Part shown: positions 47,994 to 51,331 of the stretch, one piece after another
Position numbering within the stretch: the stretch's first letter is position 1
How the letters are laid out: each line of letters opens with the position of its first letter
Assembly: GCA_944349615.1 (NCBI GenBank)
Contig: CALVNK010000002.1
Coordinates: 1 to 51,331, forward strand
Reading direction: 5' to 3'
Length of the DNA: 51,331 bases
From: an uncultured Clostridia bacterium
Lineage (GTDB): Bacteria; Bacillota; Clostridia; Christensenellales; UBA1242
The notes under the pieces: model-generated
What the model was told of the DNA's origin: nothing
What the model saw: only the letters and a program-made list of their open reading frames with translations
Databases searched by the model: none
Position numbers and translations under genes: made by a program

Positions 47994-48662
47994 TCACGCA
48001 TAGAAATATATGCCACCTATTATGAGAATATATGCCACTATATGTAGTATATTGAGCGAAATAGTCTTTGCCTTACTCTCTTTTGCAAAAGTGTCAGTAA
48101 GGCGTACAATTATTTCAAGTACTGATCCTGCAAGCAATGATAAAGCACATATTAAATGAGATGAGAATGTCACCGCGCTTGCGCTCATAACAAGGAATAG
48201 TCCAAGCACTGTATAGTAAATGGTATTTAAAACAATCTTAGTCACATCATCATACTTCTTGATTGCCCAAATTAAAAGTCCTATACCTGCGCCGAGAAGC
48301 ACTCCACCTACTAGAGCAAACGGACTGAATGGTGCAAGTGCAAGAGCACTGAATGAAAGAAGTAAGGTAAATATTATTTGACTTATATAATAGATTATCT
48401 GTTTTGCTTTTTGGCTGTTAATAGAGGCAAATTCAACTAGATTGATAAGAACATACAAGCCGTAAGCAACTACTATTAAAAGTGAATAGGCATTTATAAC
48501 GCCTGTAAGGTTTGTTATTACAATTGCAAACAATAAAAGTGCAAAAGATGCAAGCACTTTCACTAAAAACCTTTGCCAACTATTTTCCTTTCCGATTATC
48601 GCTTGCAACACCCCTATCACAAGGCAAGCGAGTGCTAATATAATGATTGAAGCCAAAATCAT
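47994..48662 (-). CDS. Polytopic membrane protein (222 aa, ~7 TM), function unknown
   Basis: Continuous hydrophobic segments. No clear RBS. A possible YhhN-like resemblance, from memory only. Confidence 0.55.
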   Translation of the reverse strand: MILASIIILALACLVIGVLQAIIGKENSWQRFLVKVLASFALLLFAIVITNLTGVINAYSLLIVVAYGLYVLINLVEFASINSQKAKQIIYYISQIIFTLLLSFSALALAPFSPFALVGGVLLGAGIGLLIWAIKKYDDVTKIVLNTIYYTVLGLFLVMSASAVTFSSHLICALSLLAGSVLEIIVRLTDTFAKESKAKTISLNILHIVAYILIIGGIYFYA

Positions 48663-48738
48663 AGTTATATTTTAACCTAAAACAAAAATATTACAAAACA
48701 AATTAAATATTTTTTTAAAATTTGATAAAAATATCTAT

Positions 48739-49320
48739 ATGACAGCTTATCAAGATATTATTATAAATAAAATTAAAGATGTTCTTTTGTATATAAGTGC
48801 TTTTGTTCCTATGCAGGCACTTATCCTCATTAAACTTATCATAGAACTTTTGTGTGGCAATATTCCATTAAATGTCCTATCAATCATCTATCTTGTTACG
48901 CTTATTCTTTTAATAACAATAGGCGGTCTTGGCTTGCTTTTAAACACCACCCTTTCAAATGATCAAAGTGGAGTTGTGATAATCCTGCAATGTGAAAACA
49001 TAACTGACAAACATTTTTTAGGATATTTTTCACTCTTTGTACTCTTTGCTTTACAACTTAATCTTACACTTGTCAGCAGTTTTATAACATATCTTTTAAT
49101 CTTAATCTTTATTGGCTTTGTCTATGTCAAAAATTCTCTATTTTATATCAATCCATTTCTTAATATTTTAGGCTATAGTTTCTATGATATCGTGTATACC
49201 GATGAAAAAGGCGAAAATAAAAGTGAAGCCAAGTTCTTCTATAAGGGCGAGCTTCAAACTAAGCAGAAATATAGAGTAATTATAAGAAATCGACATTTTT
49301 CTTTCTTAAGTTTGCATTAA
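48739..49320 (+). CDS. Membrane protein (193 aa, ~4 TM plus C-terminal soluble part), function unknown
   Basis: Hydrophobic segments. No convincing RBS, so the start is uncertain. Confidence 0.5.
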   Translation: MTAYQDIIINKIKDVLLYISAFVPMQALILIKLIIELLCGNIPLNVLSIIYLVTLILLITIGGLGLLLNTTLSNDQSGVVIILQCENITDKHFLGYFSLFVLFALQLNLTLVSSFITYLLILIFIGFVYVKNSLFYINPFLNILGYSFYDIVYTDEKGENKSEAKFFYKGELQTKQKYRVIIRNRHFSFLSLH

Positions 49321-49346
49321 AACCATAAAATTTAAAAAATACAAAC

Positions 49347-49386
49347 AAAAAACTTGCTTTTAAAATAATTTAAGGCAAGTTTTTTT
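49347..49386. terminator. Bidirectional rho-independent terminator
   Basis: AAAAAACTTGCTTTTAAA..TTTAAGGCAAGTTTTTTT between convergent genes. Confidence 0.6.
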
Positions 49387-49402
49387 AATCTTCTAGTTTC
49401 TT

Positions 49403-50095
49403 CTACTTTTCTTCTACACCTTCTACAATCTCACCTTTTTCGTCAATTTCATTTGCTTGATTGTCTTGTTCTTTATTTTCTGTTGGTTTTTGCTGGTCTA
49501 CGGAAGTTATCTTTTTAAACTTAAATACCTTCAAAATAGACGCAACAATCTTATCATTGAAAACTATAAACTTGTCCCAGAAAAACTCGAGAATAAAGTT
49601 GATCACCATCATTAGAATAGTTACAAGTGTACCATTCCACCCGCTTGTTTCAAGTGCATCGCCACCAAAGACAGAAACAGGTATAAATATGACATAGAAG
49701 CAAAGTGCAAGCGTCATTGAAATTGGGACATTGCTTGCCGACTTAAATGTAAACTTCCTATTAAATGTAAAATTCCATAAAACAGAAAGGATGATACCTA
49801 TTAAATATGATGGCCACCAAGGCAGAGCACTTGTCCAATTATATAAAAGTTCGAAAGACAAAAGCTGAATTACACCCGCAGAAAGAGAAAACGCCAAAAA
49901 CTTTAAAAATTGCAAGATTTCCGCCTTATTTATCTTTAACTTTTTCTTTTCGTTTTGGTTGAACTCACTTTTGTTTTCATTTTGGCTTACTATGCTTTCT
50001 TCATTTATTTTATTTTCATCTAAATTTTCAACTTCTAAACTTTCATAAGAAGTGCCACTCTTTTCTTCTAAACCTGTAAAATCATCTTGTTCCAT
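49403..50095 (-). CDS. GtrA-family membrane protein with acidic N- and C-terminal extensions
   Basis: Core FLKFLAFSLSAGVIQLLSFELLY...LWNFTFNRKFTFKS...FFWDKFIVF matches the GtrA-like four-TM pattern. The flanks are E/D/N/Q-rich. Confidence 0.75.
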   Translation of the reverse strand: MEQDDFTGLEEKSGTSYESLEVENLDENKINEESIVSQNENKSEFNQNEKKKLKINKAEILQFLKFLAFSLSAGVIQLLSFELLYNWTSALPWWPSYLIGIILSVLWNFTFNRKFTFKSASNVPISMTLALCFYVIFIPVSVFGGDALETSGWNGTLVTILMMVINFILEFFWDKFIVFNDKIVASILKVFKFKKITSVDQQKPTENKEQDNQANEIDEKGEIVEGVEEK

Positions 50096-50394
50096 GCTTT
50101 AAAGTCCTTTTGTTATAAGTCATTTTAGCATTTTTGATTTTATTTGTAAAGAATTATTTTAAGATCAAAATTTTTTTAGATTTTTATCCTTAAGTTGCAC
50201 AATCAAATATCGACAAATTAAGGCAAATACTTTGAAAAAAATTACTCCTTTTTTTGAAAAGTACTTGCCTTTTTTCTATATATTATATATAATATATATA
50301 TGTATATATAATATAGTAGATAATAGTTTTTTAAGTTTTTAAAAGTGAGAATTTATTATCTTTTTTGTTGCTAATTAATAGGAGAACTTTTGAT

Positions 50395-51331
50395 ATGGAC
50401 GAAATGTTAAATGAAGAAGAAATCGGCAAATCTGTAAAGTATGACGCCTCAGATATTCAGGTGCTTGAGGGGCTTGAGCCTGTACGCAAAAGACCGGGTA
50501 TGTATATCGGCTCAACGGACGAACATGGTCTCCATCACCTTGTGACTGAGGTTGTTGACAACTCGATTGACGAGGCCCTTGCTGGATATTGTACAAAGAT
50601 TGAAGTCGTGATCAATTTTGACGGCTCATGTTCTGTCATTGACAATGGTCGTGGTATTCCTACTGGCATTATACCAAAGGAAAATAAGAGTGCGGTTGAA
50701 GTCGTGCTTACAAAACTACACGCTGGTGGAAAGTTTGGCGGAGAAGGCTATAAAATCTCTGGTGGACTGCATGGCGTTGGTGTTTCATGTGTTAATGCCC
50801 TTTCAAAATATATGAGAGCAGATGTCTATCAAAACGGCCAGCACTATAAAATTGAGTTTTCACGCGGAAAAGTTATATCTCCACTTGAAATCATCGGCAA
50901 GACTGACAAGCGCGGAACTACTATCACTTTCATGCCTGATGACGAGATTTTTGAAACAACAGTCTTTAACTTTGATACTATGAAAAATAGGTTTAGAGAG
51001 ATTGCTTTTCTAAATAAAGGGCTTGTCATTTCTCTGGAAGATAAGAGAGAAGGTCAAGAGAGAAAAGAAATTTTTGAATTTAAGGGCGGAATTGTTGAGT
51101 TTGTAGACTACTTAAACAAAAATCGTGAGACACTTTTGAGCGCTCCTGTTTACTTTAATAAATTCAATAAAAAAAATGGTGAAATTGACAACGAAGTTGA
51201 GGTTTGCTTTCAGTTCAACGAAGGATACAGCGAAATTATCAACGCATACGCAAACAACATAAACACCGAAGAAGGCGGAACGCACCTTGACGGATTTAAA
51301 GCAGGACTTACTAAAGTCGTCAATGATTATG
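50395..51331 (+). CDS. gyrB: DNA gyrase subunit B (type IIA topoisomerase ATPase subunit), 5' part; runs off the window
   Basis: Not in the ORF track. My translation from ATG 50395 behind TAGGAGAA: MDEMLNEEEIGKSVKYDASDIQVLEGLEPVRKRPGMYIGSTDEHGLHHLVTEVVDNSIDEALAGY...LHAGGKFGGEGYKISGGLHGVGVSCVNALS. ParE cannot be strictly excluded from the N-terminus alone. Confidence 0.88.
   Translation, partial: MDEMLNEEEIGKSVKYDASDIQVLEGLEPVRKRPGMYIGSTDEHGLHHLVTEVVDNSIDEALAGYCTKIEVVINFDGSCSVIDNGRGIPTGIIPKENKSAVEVVLTKLHAGGKFGGEGYKISGGLHGVGVSCVNALSKYMRADVYQNGQHYKIEFSRGKVISPLEIIGKTDKRGTTITFMPDDEIFETTVFNFDTMKNRFREIAFLNKGLVISLEDKREGQERKEIFEFKGGIVEFVDYLNKNRETLLSAPVYFNKFNKKNGEIDNEVEVCFQFNEGYSEIINAYANNINTEEGGTHLDGFKAGLTKVVNDY

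Noticed and set aside
47352-49320. A genomic island or prophage integrated at tRNA-fMet.
   Set aside because: The duplicated att-like tRNA 3' copies bracket only about 400 bp. No integrase, recombinase or phage-like gene occurs on either side within the window. The membrane-protein genes at 47994-49320 lie on the 5' (promoter) side of the tRNA.

Overview
AT-rich chromosomal segment read with the standard genetic code. Gene content looks like Bacillota (low-GC Gram-positive), and rubrerythrin hints at an anaerobe or microaerophile. Recognisable core genes: hup, lepB, queH, tRNA-Ser(CGA), rplA-rplK-nusG-secE-rpmG (minus strand), secA, ychF, mrnC-rlmB-sigH, metG, initiator tRNA-fMet, and a 5' fragment of gyrB. 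rpmG, the 5' gyrB fragment and an edge-truncated GPH sugar symporter are missing from the supplied ORF track; I recovered them by direct translation. Lineage-specific genes sit between the core blocks. They include: (i) a 468-aa BclA-like collagen-repeat protein in a small locus with two paralogous two-TM pilin-like proteins and an ArsR regulator next to a Cys-containing peptide; (ii) a 2863-aa membrane-anchored surface protein lying divergent to a GT2-TPR glycosyltransferase; (iii) a transglutaminase-like 514-aa protein; (iv) a 707-aa helical orphan; (v) an 1808-aa chimeric protein made of a globular domain, a (GPT)n collagen-like stalk, a glycine-rich TM hairpin, about 1240 aa of helical sequence and a K/E tail. 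Downstream of tRNA-fMet is a two-and-a-bit-copy 212-bp tandem array in which the 3' 32 nt of the tRNA is fused to a conserved 51-nt hairpin. No CRISPR array, integrase, transposase or recognisable defence system is visible. All functional calls rest on motif recognition by eye, with no database search.
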